From: a virus
Taxonomy: Duplodnaviria > Heunggongvirae > Uroviricota > Caudoviricetes
DNA: 46,173 nucleotides
IMG/VR virus record: IMGVR_UViG_2778261505_000003
Coordinates: 1-46,173 of that record
Strand: one strand, 5' to 3'
Position 1 is the first letter of the stretch. Each line of letters begins with the position of its first letter. The translations under genes and the position numbers were made by a program. Under the pieces are notes generated by a model that made no database searches, was not told the DNA's origin, and saw only the letters and a list, made by a program, of their open reading frames with translations. Below are positions 30,461 through 42,000 of the stretch, one piece after another.

Positions 30461-33002
30461 ACCGGTAGGCGATCTGGTCGTTGATTTAAGTCTGGATGCG
30501 GCCAGATTTGACGAGCAGATGGCCAGAGTCAGGCGTCATTTTTCCGGTACGGAAAGTGATGCGAAAAAAACAGCGGCAGTCGTTGAACAGTCGATGAACC
30601 GGCAGGCGCTGGCTGCACAGAAAGCGGGAATTTCCGTCGGGCAGTATAAAGCCGCCATGCGTATGCTGCCTGCGCAGTTCACTGACGTGGCCACGCAGCT
30701 TGCAGGCGGGCAAAGTCCGTGGCTGATCCTGCTGCAACAGGGGGGGCAGGTGAAGGACTCCTTCGGCGGGATTATCCCCATGTTCAAGGGGCTTGCCGGT
30801 GCGATCACCCTGCCGATGGTGGGGGCCACCTCGCTGGCGGTGGCGACCGGTGCGCTGGCGTATGCCTGGTATCAGGGCAACTCAACCCTGTCCGATTTCA
30901 ACAAAACGCTGGTCCTTTCCGGCAATCAGGCCGGGCTGACGGCAGATCGTATGCTGGTCCTGTCCAGAGCCGGGCAGGCGGCAGGGCTGACGTTTAACCA
31001 GACCAGCGAGTCACTCAGCGCACTGGTTAAGGCGGGGGTAAGCGGTGAGGCTCAGATTGCGTCCATCAGCCAGAGTGTGGCGCGTTTCTCCTCTGCATCC
31101 GGCGTGGAGGTGGACAAAGTCGCTGAAGCCTTCGGGAAGCTGACCACTGACCCGACGTCGGGGCTGACAGCGATGGCGCGCCAGTTCCATAACGTGACGG
31201 CGGAGCAGATTGCGTATGTTGCTCAGTTGCAGCGTTCCGGCGAAGAAGCCGGGGCATTGCAGGCGGCGAACGAGGCCGCGACGAAAGGGTTTGATGACCA
31301 GACCCGCCGCCTGAAAGAGAACATGGGCACGCTGGAAACCTGGGCAGACAGGACAGCACGGGCATTCAAATCCATGTGGGATGCGGTGCTGGATATTGGT
31401 CGTCCTGATACCGCGCAGGAGATGCTGATTAAGGCAGAGGCCGCGTTTAAGAAAGCGGACGATATCTGGAATCTGCGCAAGGATGATTATTTTGTTAACG
31501 ATGAAGCGCGGGCGCGTTACTGGGATGATCGTGAAAAGGCCCGTCTTGCGCTTGAAGCCGCCCGAAAGAAGGCTGAGCAGCAGAGTCAACAGGACAAAAA
31601 TGCGCAGCAGCAGAGCGATACCGAAGCGTCACGGCTGAAATATACCGAAGAGGCGCAGAAGGCTTACGAACGTCTGCAGACGCCGCTGGAGAAATATACC
31701 GCCCGTCAGGAAGAACTGAATAAGGCACTGAAAGACGGGAAAATCCTGCAGGCAGATTACAACACGCTGATGGCGGCGGCGAAAAAGGACTATGAAGCGA
31801 CGCTGAAAAAGCCGAAACAGTCCGGCGTGAAGGTGTCTGCGGGCGATCGTCAGGAAGACAGTGCTCATGCTGCCCTGCTGACGCTTCAGGCAGAACTCCG
31901 GATGCTGGAGAAGCATGCCGGAGCGAATGAGAAAATCAGCCAGCAGCGCCGGGATTTGTGGAAGGCAGAAAGTCAGTTCGCGGTACTGGAGGAGGCGGCA
32001 CAACGTCGCCAGCTGTCCGCACAGGAGAAATCCCTGCTGGCGCATAAAGACGAGACGCTGGAGTACAAACGCCAGCTGGCTGTACTTGGCGACAAGGTCA
32101 CCTATCAGGAGCACCTGAACGCGCTGGCACAGCAGGCGGATAAATTCGCACAGCAACAACGGGCAAAACGGGCCGCCATTGATGCAAAAAACCGGGGGCT
32201 GACTGACCGGCAGGCAGCGTGGGAAGCCACGGAACAGCGCCTGAAGGAACAGTATGGCGATAATCCTCTGGCGCTGAATAACGTCATGTCAGAGCAGAAA
32301 AAGACCTGGGCAGCTGAAGACCAGCTTCGCGGGAGCTGGATGGCAGGCCTCAGGTCAGGCTGGAGTGAGTGGGAAGAGAGCGCCACGGACAGTATGTCGC
32401 AGGTTAAAAGTGCTGCCACGCAGACCTTTGATGGTATTGCACAGAATATGGCGGCGATGCTGACCGGCAGTGAACAGAACTGGCGCAGCTTCACCCGTTC
32501 CGTGCTGTCCATGATGACAGAAATTCTGCTTAAGCAGGCAATGGTGGGGATTGTCGGAAGTATAGGCAGCGCCATTGGCGGCGGCGCATCAGCGTCAGGC
32601 GGTACAGCCATTCAGGCAGCTGCGGCGAAATTCCATTTTGCGGCCGGAGGGTTTACGGGAACCGGCGGCAAATATGAGCCAGCGGGGATTGTTCACCGTG
32701 GTGAATTTGTCTTCACGAAGGAGGCAACCAGCCGGATTGGCGTAGGAAATCTTTACCGGCTGATGCGCGGCTATGCCACCGGCGGTTATGTCGGTACACC
32801 GGGCAGCATGGCGGACAGCCGGTCGCAGGCGTCCGGGACGTTTGAGCAGAATAACCATGTGGTGATTAACAACGACGGCACGAACGGTCAGATAGGGCCA
32901 CAGGCACTGAAGGCGGTTTATGACGTAGCCCGTAAGGCGGCAATGGATGTTGTGACCGGGCAGATGCGCGATGGTGGTCTGTTCTCCGGAGGTGGACGAT
33001 GA
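30453..33002 (+). CDS. H: Tail tape measure protein gpH
   Basis: 849 aa, lambda H position and similarity. Confidence 0.9.
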   Translation: MAEPVGDLVVDLSLDAARFDEQMARVRRHFSGTESDAKKTAAVVEQSMNRQALAAQKAGISVGQYKAAMRMLPAQFTDVATQLAGGQSPWLILLQQGGQVKDSFGGIIPMFKGLAGAITLPMVGATSLAVATGALAYAWYQGNSTLSDFNKTLVLSGNQAGLTADRMLVLSRAGQAAGLTFNQTSESLSALVKAGVSGEAQIASISQSVARFSSASGVEVDKVAEAFGKLTTDPTSGLTAMARQFHNVTAEQIAYVAQLQRSGEEAGALQAANEAATKGFDDQTRRLKENMGTLETWADRTARAFKSMWDAVLDIGRPDTAQEMLIKAEAAFKKADDIWNLRKDDYFVNDEARARYWDDREKARLALEAARKKAEQQSQQDKNAQQQSDTEASRLKYTEEAQKAYERLQTPLEKYTARQEELNKALKDGKILQADYNTLMAAAKKDYEATLKKPKQSGVKVSAGDRQEDSAHAALLTLQAELRMLEKHAGANEKISQQRRDLWKAESQFAVLEEAAQRRQLSAQEKSLLAHKDETLEYKRQLAVLGDKVTYQEHLNALAQQADKFAQQQRAKRAAIDAKNRGLTDRQAAWEATEQRLKEQYGDNPLALNNVMSEQKKTWAAEDQLRGSWMAGLRSGWSEWEESATDSMSQVKSAATQTFDGIAQNMAAMLTGSEQNWRSFTRSVLSMMTEILLKQAMVGIVGSIGSAIGGGASASGGTAIQAAAAKFHFAAGGFTGTGGKYEPAGIVHRGEFVFTKEATSRIGVGNLYRLMRGYATGGYVGTPGSMADSRSQASGTFEQNNHVVINNDGTNGQIGPQALKAVYDVARKAAMDVVTGQMRDGGLFSGGGR

Positions 33003-33328
33003 AAACCTTCCGCTGGAAAGTGAAACCCGGTATGGATGTGGCTTCGGCCCCTTCCGTAAGAAAGGTGCGCTTTGGTGATGGCTATTCCCAGCGAGCGCCT
33101 GCCGGGCTGAATGCCGACCTGAAAACGTACAGCGTGACGCTTTCTGTTCCCCGTTGGGAGGCCACGGCGCTTGAATCGTTTCTGGCTGAGCACGGGGGCT
33201 GGAAATCCTTTCTGTGGACGCCGCCTTATGAGTGGCGGCAGATAAAGGTGACCTGCGCAAAATGGTCGTCGCGGGTCAGTATGCTGCGTGTTGAGTTCAG
33301 CGCAGAGTTTGAACAGGTGGTGAACTGA
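32999..33328 (+). CDS. M: Tail tip protein gpM
   Basis: 109 aa, near-identical to recalled lambda M. Confidence 0.9.
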   Translation: MKTFRWKVKPGMDVASAPSVRKVRFGDGYSQRAPAGLNADLKTYSVTLSVPRWEATALESFLAEHGGWKSFLWTPPYEWRQIKVTCAKWSSRVSMLRVEFSAEFEQVVN

Positions 33329-34026
33329 TGCAGGATATCCGGCAGGAAACACTGAATGAATGCACCCGTGCGGAGCAGTCGGCCAGCGTGGTGCTCTGGG
33401 AAATCGATCTGACAGAGGTCGGTGGAGAACGTTATTTTTTCTGTAATGAGCAGAACGAAAAAGGTGAGCCGGTCACCTGGCAGGGGCGACAGTATCAGCC
33501 GTATCCCATTCAGGGGAGTGGTTTTGAACTGAATGGCAAAGGCACCAGTACGCGCCCCACGCTGACGGTTTCTAACCTGTACGGTATGGTCACCGGGATG
33601 GCGGAAGATCTGCAGAGTCTGGTCGGCGGAACGGTGGTCCGGCGTAAGGTTTACGCCCGTTTTCTGGATGCGGTGAACTTCGTCAACGGAAACAGTGACG
33701 CCGATCCGGAGCAGGAGGTGATCAGCCGCTGGCGCATTGAGCAGTGCAGCGAACTGAGCGCGGTGAGTGCCTCTTTTGTACTGTCCACGCCGACGGAAAC
33801 GGACGGCGCTGTTTTTCCGGGACGTATCATGCTGGCCAACACCTGCACCTGGACCTATCGCGGCGATGAGTGCGGTTATCACGGTCCGGCGGTCGCGGAT
33901 GAATATGATCAGCCGACGTCCGATATCACGAAGGATAAATGCAGCAAATGCCTGAGTGGCTGTAATTTCCGCAATAACGTCGGCAACTTTGGCGGCTTCC
34001 TTTCCATTAACAAACTTTCGCAGTAA
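33328..34026 (+). CDS. L: Tail tip protein gpL
   Basis: 232 aa, lambda L position, length and similarity. Confidence 0.88.
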   Translation: MQDIRQETLNECTRAEQSASVVLWEIDLTEVGGERYFFCNEQNEKGEPVTWQGRQYQPYPIQGSGFELNGKGTSTRPTLTVSNLYGMVTGMAEDLQSLVGGTVVRRKVYARFLDAVNFVNGNSDADPEQEVISRWRIEQCSELSAVSASFVLSTPTETDGAVFPGRIMLANTCTWTYRGDECGYHGPAVADEYDQPTSDITKDKCSKCLSGCNFRNNVGNFGGFLSINKLSQ

Positions 34027-34031
34027 ATACC

Positions 34032-34775
34032 ATGACACAGACAGGATCAGCGATTCTGGCGCACGCCCGGCGATGTGCGCCAGCGGAGTCGTGCGGCTTC
34101 GTGGTAAGCACGCCGGAGGGGGAAAGATATTTCCCCTGCGTGAATATCTCCGGTGAGCCGGAGGCGTATTTCCGTATGTCGCCGGAAGACTGGCTGCAGG
34201 CAGAAATGCAGGGTGAGATTGTGGCGCTGGTCCACAGCCACCCCGGTGGTCTGCCCTGGCTGAGTGAGGCCGACCGGCGACTGCAGGTGCAGAGTGATTT
34301 GCCGTGGTGGCTGGTCTGCCGGGGGACGATTCATAAGTTCCGCTGTGTGCCGCATCTCACCGGGCGGCGCTTTGAGCACGGGGTGACGGACTGTTACACG
34401 CTGTTCCGGGATGCTTATCATCTGGCGGGGATTGAGATGCCGGATTTTCATCGCGAGGATGACTGGTGGCGTCACGGTCAGAATCTCTATCTGGATAATC
34501 TGGAGGCCACAGGGCTGTATCAGGTGCCGTTGTCATCAGCACAACCGGGCGATGTGCTGCTGTGCTGTTTTGGTTCATCGGTGCCGAATCATGCCGCCAT
34601 TTACTGTGGTGATGGCGAGCTGCTGCACCATATTCCTGAACAACTGAGCAAACGAGAGAGGTATACCGACAAATGGCAGCGACGCACACACTCCCTCTGG
34701 CGTCACCGGGCATGGCACGCATCTGCCTTTACGGGGATTTACAACGATTTGGTCGCCGCATCGACCTTCTTGTGA
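34032..34775 (+). CDS. K: Tail tip assembly protein gpK (NlpC/P60-JAB-like)
   Basis: Lambda K similarity; overlaps the start of I as in lambda. Confidence 0.85.
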   Translation: MTQTGSAILAHARRCAPAESCGFVVSTPEGERYFPCVNISGEPEAYFRMSPEDWLQAEMQGEIVALVHSHPGGLPWLSEADRRLQVQSDLPWWLVCRGTIHKFRCVPHLTGRRFEHGVTDCYTLFRDAYHLAGIEMPDFHREDDWWRHGQNLYLDNLEATGLYQVPLSSAQPGDVLLCCFGSSVPNHAAIYCGDGELLHHIPEQLSKRERYTDKWQRRTHSLWRHRAWHASAFTGIYNDLVAASTFL

Positions 34776-35344
34776 AAACGGGGGCTGAAGCCATCCGGGC
34801 ACTGGCCACACAGCTCCCGGCGTTTCGTCAGAAACTGAGCGACGGCTGGTATCAGGTACGGATTGCCGGGCGGGACGTCAGCACGTCCGGATTAACGGCG
34901 CAGTTACATGAGACTCTGCCTGACGGCGCTGTGATTCATATTGTTCCCAGAGTCGCCGGGGCCAAGTCAGGTGGTGTATTCCAGATTGTCCTGGGAGCAG
35001 CCGCCATTGCCGGATCATTCTTTACCGCCGGAGCCACCCTTGCAGCATGGGGGGCAGCCATTGGGGCCGGTGGTATGACCGGCATCCTGTTTTCTCTCGG
35101 TGCCAGTATGGTGCTCGGTGGTGTGGCGCAGATGCTGGCACCGAAAGCCAGAACTCCCCGTACACAGACAACGGATAACGGTAAGCAGAACACCTATTTC
35201 TCCTCACTGGATAACATGGTTGCCCAGGGCAATGTTATGCCTGTTCTGTATGGTGAAATGCGCGTGGGGTCACGTGTGGTATCTCAGGAGATCAGCACGG
35301 CAGATGAAGGGGACGGTGGTCAGGTTGTGGTGATTGGTCGATGA
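34673..35344 (+). CDS. I: Tail tip assembly protein gpI
   Basis: 223 aa, near-identical to recalled lambda I. Confidence 0.85.
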   Translation: MAATHTLPLASPGMARICLYGDLQRFGRRIDLLVKTGAEAIRALATQLPAFRQKLSDGWYQVRIAGRDVSTSGLTAQLHETLPDGAVIHIVPRVAGAKSGGVFQIVLGAAAIAGSFFTAGATLAAWGAAIGAGGMTGILFSLGASMVLGGVAQMLAPKARTPRTQTTDNGKQNTYFSSLDNMVAQGNVMPVLYGEMRVGSRVVSQEISTADEGDGGQVVVIGR

Positions 35345-35404
35345 TGCAAAATGTTTTATGTGAAACCGCCTGCGGGCGGTTTTGTCGTTTATGGAGCATG
35401 ACGA

Positions 35405-38400
35405 ATGGGTAAAGGCAGCAGTAAGGGACATACCCCGCGCGAAGCAAAGGACAATCTGAAGTCCACGCAGTTGCTGAGTGTGATCGATGCCATCAGCGAA
35501 GGGCCGATTGAAGGTCCGGTGGATGGATTAAAAAGCGTGCTGCTGAACAGTACACCGGTGCTGGACAGTGAGGGGAATACCAACATCTCCGGTGTCACGG
35601 TGGTGTTCCGGGCAGGTGAGCAGGAACAGACACCGCCGGAGGGATTTGAATCCTCCGGATCCGAGACGGTGCTGGGTACGGAAGTGAAATACGACACGCC
35701 GATCACCCGGACTATCACGTCTGCAAATATCGACCGTCTGCGCTTTACCTTCGGTGTGCAGGCACTGGTGGAAACCACCTCAAAGGGGGACCGGAATCTG
35801 TCGGAAGTTCGCCTGCTGGTTCAGATACAGCGTAATGGTGGCTGGGTGACGGAAAAAGACATCACCATTAAGGGCAAAACCACCTCACAGTATCTGGCCT
35901 CGGTGGTGGTGGATAACCTGCCGCCGCGCCCGTTTAATATCCGGATGCGCAGAATGACGCCGGACAGCACCACAGACCAGCTGCAGAACAAAACGCTCTG
36001 GTCGTCATACACCGAAATCATCGATGTGAAACAGTGCTACCCGAACACGGCACTGGTCGGCGTGCAGGTGGACTCGGAGCAGTTCGGCAGCCAGCAGGTG
36101 AGCCGTAATTATCATCTTCGCGGGCGCATTCTGCAGGTGCCGTCGAATTATAACCCGCAGACGCGGCAATACAGCGGTATCTGGGACGGAACGTTTAAAC
36201 CGGCATACAGCAACAACATGGCCTGGTGTCTGTGGGATATGCTGACCCATCCGCGCTACGGCATGGGGAAACGTCTTGGTGCGGCGGATGTGGATAAATG
36301 GGCGCTGTATGTCATCGGCCAGAATTGCGACCAGTCGGTGCCGGATGGCTTTGGTGGAACGGAACCGCGTATCACCTGTAATGCGTACCTGACCACGCAG
36401 CGCAAGGCGTGGGATGTGCTCAGTGATTTCTGCTCGGCGATGCGCTGTATGCCGGTATGGAACGGGCAGACGCTGACGTTCGTGCAGGACCGACCGTCGG
36501 ATAAGGTGTGGACCTATAACCGCAGTAATGTGGTGATGCCGGATGATGGTGCGCCGTTCCGCTACAGCTTCAGCGCCCTGAAAGACCGCCATAATGCCGT
36601 TGAGGTGAACTGGATTGACCCGGATAACGGCTGGGAGACGGCGACAGAGCTTGTGGAGGACACGCAGGCCATTGCCCGTTACGGTCGTAACGTCACGAAG
36701 ATGGATGCTTTTGGCTGTACCAGCCGGGGGCAGGCACACCGCGCCGGGCTGTGGCTGATTAAAACGGAGCTGCTGGAAACGCAGACCGTGGACTTCAGCG
36801 TGGGCGCAGAAGGGCTTCGCCATGTACCGGGCGATGTCATTGAAATCTGTGATGATGACTATGCGGGTATCAGCATCGGCGGGCGCGTGCTGGCGGTGAA
36901 CAGCCAGACGCGGACGCTGACGCTCGACCGTGAAATCACGCTGCCATCCTCCGGCATCACGCTGATAAGTCTGGTTGACGGACAGGGGAATCCGGTCAGC
37001 GTGGAGGTTCAGTCCGTCACCGACGGCGTGAAGGTAAAAGTGAGCCGTGTTCCTGGCGGTGTTGCTGAATACAGCGTATGGGGGCTGAAGCTGCCGACGC
37101 TGCGCCAGCGACTGTTCCGCTGCGTGAGTATCCGTGAGAACGACGACGGCACGTATGCCATCACCGCCGTGCAGCATGTGCCGGAGAAAGAGGCCATCGT
37201 GGATAACGGGGCGCACTTTGACGGCGACCAGAGCGGCACGGTGAATGGTGTCACGCCGCCAGCGGTGCAGCACCTGACCGCCGAAGTCACCGCAGACAGC
37301 GGGGAATATCAGGTGCTGGCGCGATGGGACACGCCGAAGGTGGTGAAGGGCGTGAGCTTTATGCTTCGTCTGACCGTGGCAGCGGATGACGGCAGTGAGC
37401 GGCTGGTCAGCACGGCCAGGACGACGGAAACCACATACCGCTTCACGCAGCTGGCGCTGGGAAACTACAGGCTGACAGTCCGGGCGGCAAATGCCTGGGG
37501 GCAGCAGGGCGATCCGGCATCGGTATCGTTCCGGATTGCCGCACCGGCAGCGCCGTCGCGGATTGAGCTGACGCCGGGCTATTTTCAGATAACCGCCACG
37601 CCGTATCTTGCCGTTTATGATCCGACGGTACAGTTTGAGTTCTGGTTCTCGGAAAAGCGGATTGCGGATATCAGGCAGGTTGAAACCACAGCCCGCTATC
37701 TTGGCACGGCGCTGTACTGGATAGCTGCCAGTATCAATATCAAGCCGGGCCATGATTATTATTTTTACATCCGCAGTGTGAACACCGTTGGCAAATCGGC
37801 ATTCGTGGAGGCTGTTGGCCAGCCGAGTGATGATGCATCCGGCTATCTGGATTTTTTCAAAGGAGAGATAGGGAAAACCCATCTGGCTCAGGAGTTGTGG
37901 ACGCAGATTGATAACGGTCAGCTTGCGCCTGACCTGGCGGAAATCAGAACGTCCATCACGGATGTCAGTAATGAAATCACGCAGACCGTCAATAAGAAAC
38001 TGGAAGACCAGAGTGCAGCGATCCAGCAGATACAGAAGGTTCAGGTTGATACAAATAATAACCTGAACAGCATGTGGGCTGTGAAGCTGCAGCAGATGCA
38101 GGACGGACGCCTTTATATCGCGGGTATTGGTGCCGGTATTGAAAACACCCCTGACGGCATGCAGAGTCAGGTGCTGCTGGCGGCAGACAGGATTGCGATG
38201 ATTAATCCTGCGAATGGCAACACAAAGCCGATGTTTGTTGGGCAGGGCGATCAGATATACATGAATGAAGTGTTCCTGAAATATCTGACGGCTCCCACCA
38301 TTACCAGCGGCGGTAATCCTCCGGCATTTTCCCTGACACCGGACGGGCGGCTGACGGCGAAAAATGCCGATATCAGCGGTAACGTGAATGCGAACTCCGG

Positions 38401-38884
38401 GACGCTCAACAACGTCACGATTAACGAGAACTGTCGGGTTCTGGGAAAACTGTCCGCCAACCAGATTGAAGGTGATCTCGTTAAAACAGTGGGCAAAGCT
38501 TTCCCCCGGGACTCCCGTGCACCGGAGCGGTGGCCATCAGGAACCATTACCGTCAGGGTTTATGACGATCAGCCGTTTGACCGGCAAATTGTTATCCCGG
38601 CGGTGGCATTCAGTGGCGCTAAACATGAGCAAGATCATACTGATATCTACTCCTCATGCCGTCTGATAGTACGAAAAAACGGTGCTGAAATTTATAACCG
38701 AACGGCTCTGGATAATACGCTGATATATACGGGTGTTATTGATATGCCTGCAGGCAGTGGTGTCATGACACTGGAATTTTCTGTATCGGCATGGCTGGTA
38801 AATGGCTGGTATCCCACAGCAAGTATCAGCGATTTGCTGGTTGTGGTGATGAAGAAAGCCACTGCAGGCATCACTATTAGCTGA
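35405..38884 (+). CDS. J: Central tail fibre / host specificity protein gpJ, with a C-terminal receptor-binding region that differs from lambda
   Basis: 1159 aa; lambda-like over most of its length, but the last roughly 150 residues diverge from the recalled lambda LamB-binding region. Confidence 0.9.
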   Translation: MGKGSSKGHTPREAKDNLKSTQLLSVIDAISEGPIEGPVDGLKSVLLNSTPVLDSEGNTNISGVTVVFRAGEQEQTPPEGFESSGSETVLGTEVKYDTPITRTITSANIDRLRFTFGVQALVETTSKGDRNLSEVRLLVQIQRNGGWVTEKDITIKGKTTSQYLASVVVDNLPPRPFNIRMRRMTPDSTTDQLQNKTLWSSYTEIIDVKQCYPNTALVGVQVDSEQFGSQQVSRNYHLRGRILQVPSNYNPQTRQYSGIWDGTFKPAYSNNMAWCLWDMLTHPRYGMGKRLGAADVDKWALYVIGQNCDQSVPDGFGGTEPRITCNAYLTTQRKAWDVLSDFCSAMRCMPVWNGQTLTFVQDRPSDKVWTYNRSNVVMPDDGAPFRYSFSALKDRHNAVEVNWIDPDNGWETATELVEDTQAIARYGRNVTKMDAFGCTSRGQAHRAGLWLIKTELLETQTVDFSVGAEGLRHVPGDVIEICDDDYAGISIGGRVLAVNSQTRTLTLDREITLPSSGITLISLVDGQGNPVSVEVQSVTDGVKVKVSRVPGGVAEYSVWGLKLPTLRQRLFRCVSIRENDDGTYAITAVQHVPEKEAIVDNGAHFDGDQSGTVNGVTPPAVQHLTAEVTADSGEYQVLARWDTPKVVKGVSFMLRLTVAADDGSERLVSTARTTETTYRFTQLALGNYRLTVRAANAWGQQGDPASVSFRIAAPAAPSRIELTPGYFQITATPYLAVYDPTVQFEFWFSEKRIADIRQVETTARYLGTALYWIAASINIKPGHDYYFYIRSVNTVGKSAFVEAVGQPSDDASGYLDFFKGEIGKTHLAQELWTQIDNGQLAPDLAEIRTSITDVSNEITQTVNKKLEDQSAAIQQIQKVQVDTNNNLNSMWAVKLQQMQDGRLYIAGIGAGIENTPDGMQSQVLLAADRIAMINPANGNTKPMFVGQGDQIYMNEVFLKYLTAPTITSGGNPPAFSLTPDGRLTAKNADISGNVNANSGTLNNVTINENCRVLGKLSANQIEGDLVKTVGKAFPRDSRAPERWPSGTITVRVYDDQPFDRQIVIPAVAFSGAKHEQDHTDIYSSCRLIVRKNGAEIYNRTALDNTLIYTGVIDMPAGSGVMTLEFSVSAWLVNGWYPTASISDLLVVVMKKATAGITIS

Positions 38885-38951
38885 ATTTTATAACCCAGAT
38901 ACGGGCGTCAGAAATGGCGCCTTTTTTATTGCAGAAAAGCGAGAGGTAATT

Positions 38952-39551
38952 ATGCGTAAATTATGTGCTGTTATTCTGTCCGCAGTAGTCTGGCTGGTTG
39001 CCGCTGGTACGCCAGCGAGCGCAGCAGAGCATCAGTCCACACTAAGCGCCGGGTATCTTCAGACCCATACTGATATGCCAGGCAGCGATAATCTGAACGG
39101 GATTAACGTGAAATACCGTTATGAATTTACGGACACGCTGGGGCTGGTGACGTCATTCAGTTATGCCAATGCCAAAGATGAGCAAAAAACGCATTACAGC
39201 GATACCCGCTGGCATGAAGATTCAGTGCGTAACCGCTGGTTCAGCATGATGGCGGGGCCATCTGTACGCGTGAATGAATGGTTCAGTGCTTATGCGATGG
39301 CGGGTGTGGCTTACAGCCGTGTTTCGACGTTCTCCGGGGATTATCTCCGCGTAACTGACAACAAGGGGAAAACGCACGATGTGCTGACCGGGAGTGATGG
39401 CGGTCGCCACAGCAACACGTCTCTGGCGTGGGGGGCTGGAGTGCAGTTTAACCCGACCGAATCCGTGGCCATTGACCTTGCTTATGAAGGTTCCGGCAGT
39501 GGCGACTGGCGCACTGACGGTTTCATCGTGGGTGTCGGTTATAAATTCTGA
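38952..39551 (+). CDS. lom: Lom outer-membrane beta-barrel protein (Ail/PagC family)
   Basis: Signal peptide and Ail/Lom-family barrel; ends in aromatic GYKF; lambda lom position after J. Confidence 0.85.
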   Translation: MRKLCAVILSAVVWLVAAGTPASAAEHQSTLSAGYLQTHTDMPGSDNLNGINVKYRYEFTDTLGLVTSFSYANAKDEQKTHYSDTRWHEDSVRNRWFSMMAGPSVRVNEWFSAYAMAGVAYSRVSTFSGDYLRVTDNKGKTHDVLTGSDGGRHSNTSLAWGAGVQFNPTESVAIDLAYEGSGSGDWRTDGFIVGVGYKF

Positions 39552-39609
39552 TTAGCCAGGTAACACAGTGTTATGACAGCCCGCCGGTTCAGGCGGGCTT
39601 TTTTGTGGA

Positions 39610-42000
39610 GTGGATATGGCAGCAGTAAAACTCTCAGGTGTGCTGAAAGACGGTGCAGGAAAACCAATACAGAACTGCACTATTCAACTGAAGGCAAAGC
39701 GTAACAGCACCACGGTACTGGTGAACACGGTGGCCTCTGAAAATCCTGATGAAGCCGGGCGTTACAGCATGGATGTTGAGTATGGCCAGTACAGCGTCAC
39801 CCTGCTGGTTGAAGGTTTTCCGCCTTCACATGCCGGGACCATTACCGTCTATGAAGGCTCCAGACCAGGTACGCTGAATGATTTTCTCGGTGCCATGACG
39901 GAAGATGATGTCATGCCGGAGGCATTGCGCCGTTTTGAGGCAATGGTGGAAGAAGCGGCACGCAACGCCGAAGCCGCCTCTCAGAGCGCAGCGTCGGCAA
40001 AGAAATCCGAAACTGCAGCGGCATCATCGAAGAACGCGGCGAAAACCTCAGAAACGAATGCAGCTAACAGCGCACAGGCGGCAGCGACCTCACAGATTGC
40101 ATCGGCAAACTCCGCGACAGCAGCCAAAAAATCAGAAACCAACGCGAAAAACAGCGAGACAGCCGCAAAGACGAGCGAAACCAACGCAAAGTCCAGCCAG
40201 ACGGCAGCGAAGACCAGCGAAACGAATGCCAAAGCCAGTGAAACTGCGGCAAAAAACAGCCAGGTTGCAGCAGCCCAAAGCGAGAGCGCGGCAGCCGGTT
40301 CTGCGACTTCAGCAGCTGGATCAGCAACTGCTGCGGCTAACAGCCAGAAAGCTGCGAAGACGAGTGAAACTAACGCAAAGTCCAGCCAGACGGCAGCGAA
40401 GACCAGCGAAACGAATGCCAAAGCCAGCGAAACTGCGGCGAAAAGCAGTCAGGATGCAGCAGCCGAAAGCGAGAGTGCTGCAGCTGGTTCTGCAAGCGCG
40501 GCGGCTGCTTCTGCCACTGCATCAGCTAACAGCCAAAAAGCAGCAAAAGCCAGTGAAACCAATGCAAAGACAAGTGAGACTGCAGCGGCGAACTCGGCGC
40601 AAGCATCGGCAGCAAGCCAGACAGCAGCTAAAGCAAGTGAGGATGCAGCCAGAGAGTACGCAAGCCAGGCAGCAGAACCGTATAAATATGTCTTACAGCC
40701 GCTTCCCGATGTGTGGATACCGTTTAACGATTCACTGGATATGATTACGGGCTTTTCGCCATCATATAAAAAGATTGTTATTGGTGACGATGAAATAACA
40801 ATGCCTGGCGACAAGATTGTAAAGTTTAAACGCGCATCAAAAGCAACTTACATTAATAAATCTGGTGTGCTGACAGAGGCTGCAATCGATGAACCTCGCT
40901 TTGAAAAGTATGGATTGCTGATTGAAGGACAGCGTACAAACCTGTTAATAAACAGCACAAATCCATCAAAGTGGAACAAGTCATCAAATATGATTTTAAA
41001 TACATCAGGTGTAGATGATTTTGGTTTCCAGTACGCAAAATTCACATTAAAACCAGAAATGGTGGGGCAAACCTCAGCCATTTCTATTGTCACAGTATCT
41101 GGAAGCAAAGGATATAATGTTACTGGCGATGAAAAGTATGTAACTATCTCATGCAGGGTACAAAGTGGGACTCCAAATTTAAGATGTCGATTACGATTTG
41201 AAGAATATGATGGATCTACCTACAAATTCCTGGGTGATGCTTACTTAAATATGACAGATTTATCGATTGATAAAACTGGCGGCGCTGCAAGTCGTATTAC
41301 TGCAAGGGCTATTAAAAATGAAGCAAGCAAATGGATTTTCTTTGAGGCAACAATTAAGGCACTTGATACAGAAAATATGATCGGTGCGATGGTGCAATAT
41401 GCACCACCAAAAGGGGGAAGCACTGGTGCAGATGATTATATTTATGTTGCAACTCCTCAGGTCGAAGGCGGTTCGTGCGCTTCTTCGTTTATTATTACTG
41501 AGGCAACGCCAGTCACAAGAGCCAGTGATATGGTGAATATACCAACAAATAACAATATCGGTACACCACCTTTAACATTTTTAGCTGAAGTTCATACAAA
41601 CTGGAACGAAACGCCAAATGCAGCACCACGAGTTTTTGATACCAGTGGTGGGAGTACAACTCCGGGGCAATATATAAGTGTTGCTATCAGTTCAACATTA
41701 TTTCCTGGTGTTACGATGTATAATAAAAACGGTAGTACAGTAGCCGCCGTATCGCCAGTATTATTTGAACAAAAATCTGTTCTTGGATTTGTTTTAAATG
41801 AATCTGGTAATGTGCATTTCGTTAGCAATGCCCAGCATGGGACTCCTAAAACCACGGATCATGTCGGTGTTAAATCTGGTTATTTCTTCAGGATTGGGGG
41901 ACAGACTAATAGCGGTCTACGTCATCTTTTCGGTCACATTCGTAATTTTCGTATATGGCATAAAGAATTAACCGATGCACAAATGGGAGAGGTAATATAA
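39610..42000 (+). CDS. stf: Side tail fibre (Stf): lambda-like N-terminus, SETNA-type repeat shaft, AT-rich C-terminal LamG/concanavalin-like domain
   Basis: First roughly 120 aa match recalled lambda Stf; Ala/Ser-rich repeats (KTSETNAKSSQTAAK); C-terminal end GHIRNFRIWHKELTDAQMGEVI resembles the LamG_3 motif; GC drops after about 40700. Confidence 0.8.
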   Translation: MDMAAVKLSGVLKDGAGKPIQNCTIQLKAKRNSTTVLVNTVASENPDEAGRYSMDVEYGQYSVTLLVEGFPPSHAGTITVYEGSRPGTLNDFLGAMTEDDVMPEALRRFEAMVEEAARNAEAASQSAASAKKSETAAASSKNAAKTSETNAANSAQAAATSQIASANSATAAKKSETNAKNSETAAKTSETNAKSSQTAAKTSETNAKASETAAKNSQVAAAQSESAAAGSATSAAGSATAAANSQKAAKTSETNAKSSQTAAKTSETNAKASETAAKSSQDAAAESESAAAGSASAAAASATASANSQKAAKASETNAKTSETAAANSAQASAASQTAAKASEDAAREYASQAAEPYKYVLQPLPDVWIPFNDSLDMITGFSPSYKKIVIGDDEITMPGDKIVKFKRASKATYINKSGVLTEAAIDEPRFEKYGLLIEGQRTNLLINSTNPSKWNKSSNMILNTSGVDDFGFQYAKFTLKPEMVGQTSAISIVTVSGSKGYNVTGDEKYVTISCRVQSGTPNLRCRLRFEEYDGSTYKFLGDAYLNMTDLSIDKTGGAASRITARAIKNEASKWIFFEATIKALDTENMIGAMVQYAPPKGGSTGADDYIYVATPQVEGGSCASSFIITEATPVTRASDMVNIPTNNNIGTPPLTFLAEVHTNWNETPNAAPRVFDTSGGSTTPGQYISVAISSTLFPGVTMYNKNGSTVAAVSPVLFEQKSVLGFVLNESGNVHFVSNAQHGTPKTTDHVGVKSGYFFRIGGQTNSGLRHLFGHIRNFRIWHKELTDAQMGEVI

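Noticed and set aside
30486-32611. Several minus-strand ORFs of 83-192 aa
   Set aside because: All lie antisense within the tape measure gene H; GC-rich antisense artefacts.
36005-37882. 625-aa minus-strand ORF
   Set aside because: Antisense to gpJ, which has a clear lambda homologue; Arg/Pro/His-rich low-complexity translation typical of GC-rich antisense frames.
39960-40680. Regular nucleotide repeats that could be mistaken for a CRISPR-like array
   Set aside because: They are in-frame coding repeats of the Stf shaft (SETNA-type units), with no spacers or leader and no cas genes nearby.
39905-40744. 279-aa plus-strand ORF rich in Arg/Gln/Pro, and the 146-aa minus ORF at 39981-40421
   Set aside because: Alternative frames through the repetitive Ala/Ser-coding shaft of stf; low-complexity artefacts of the repeat.
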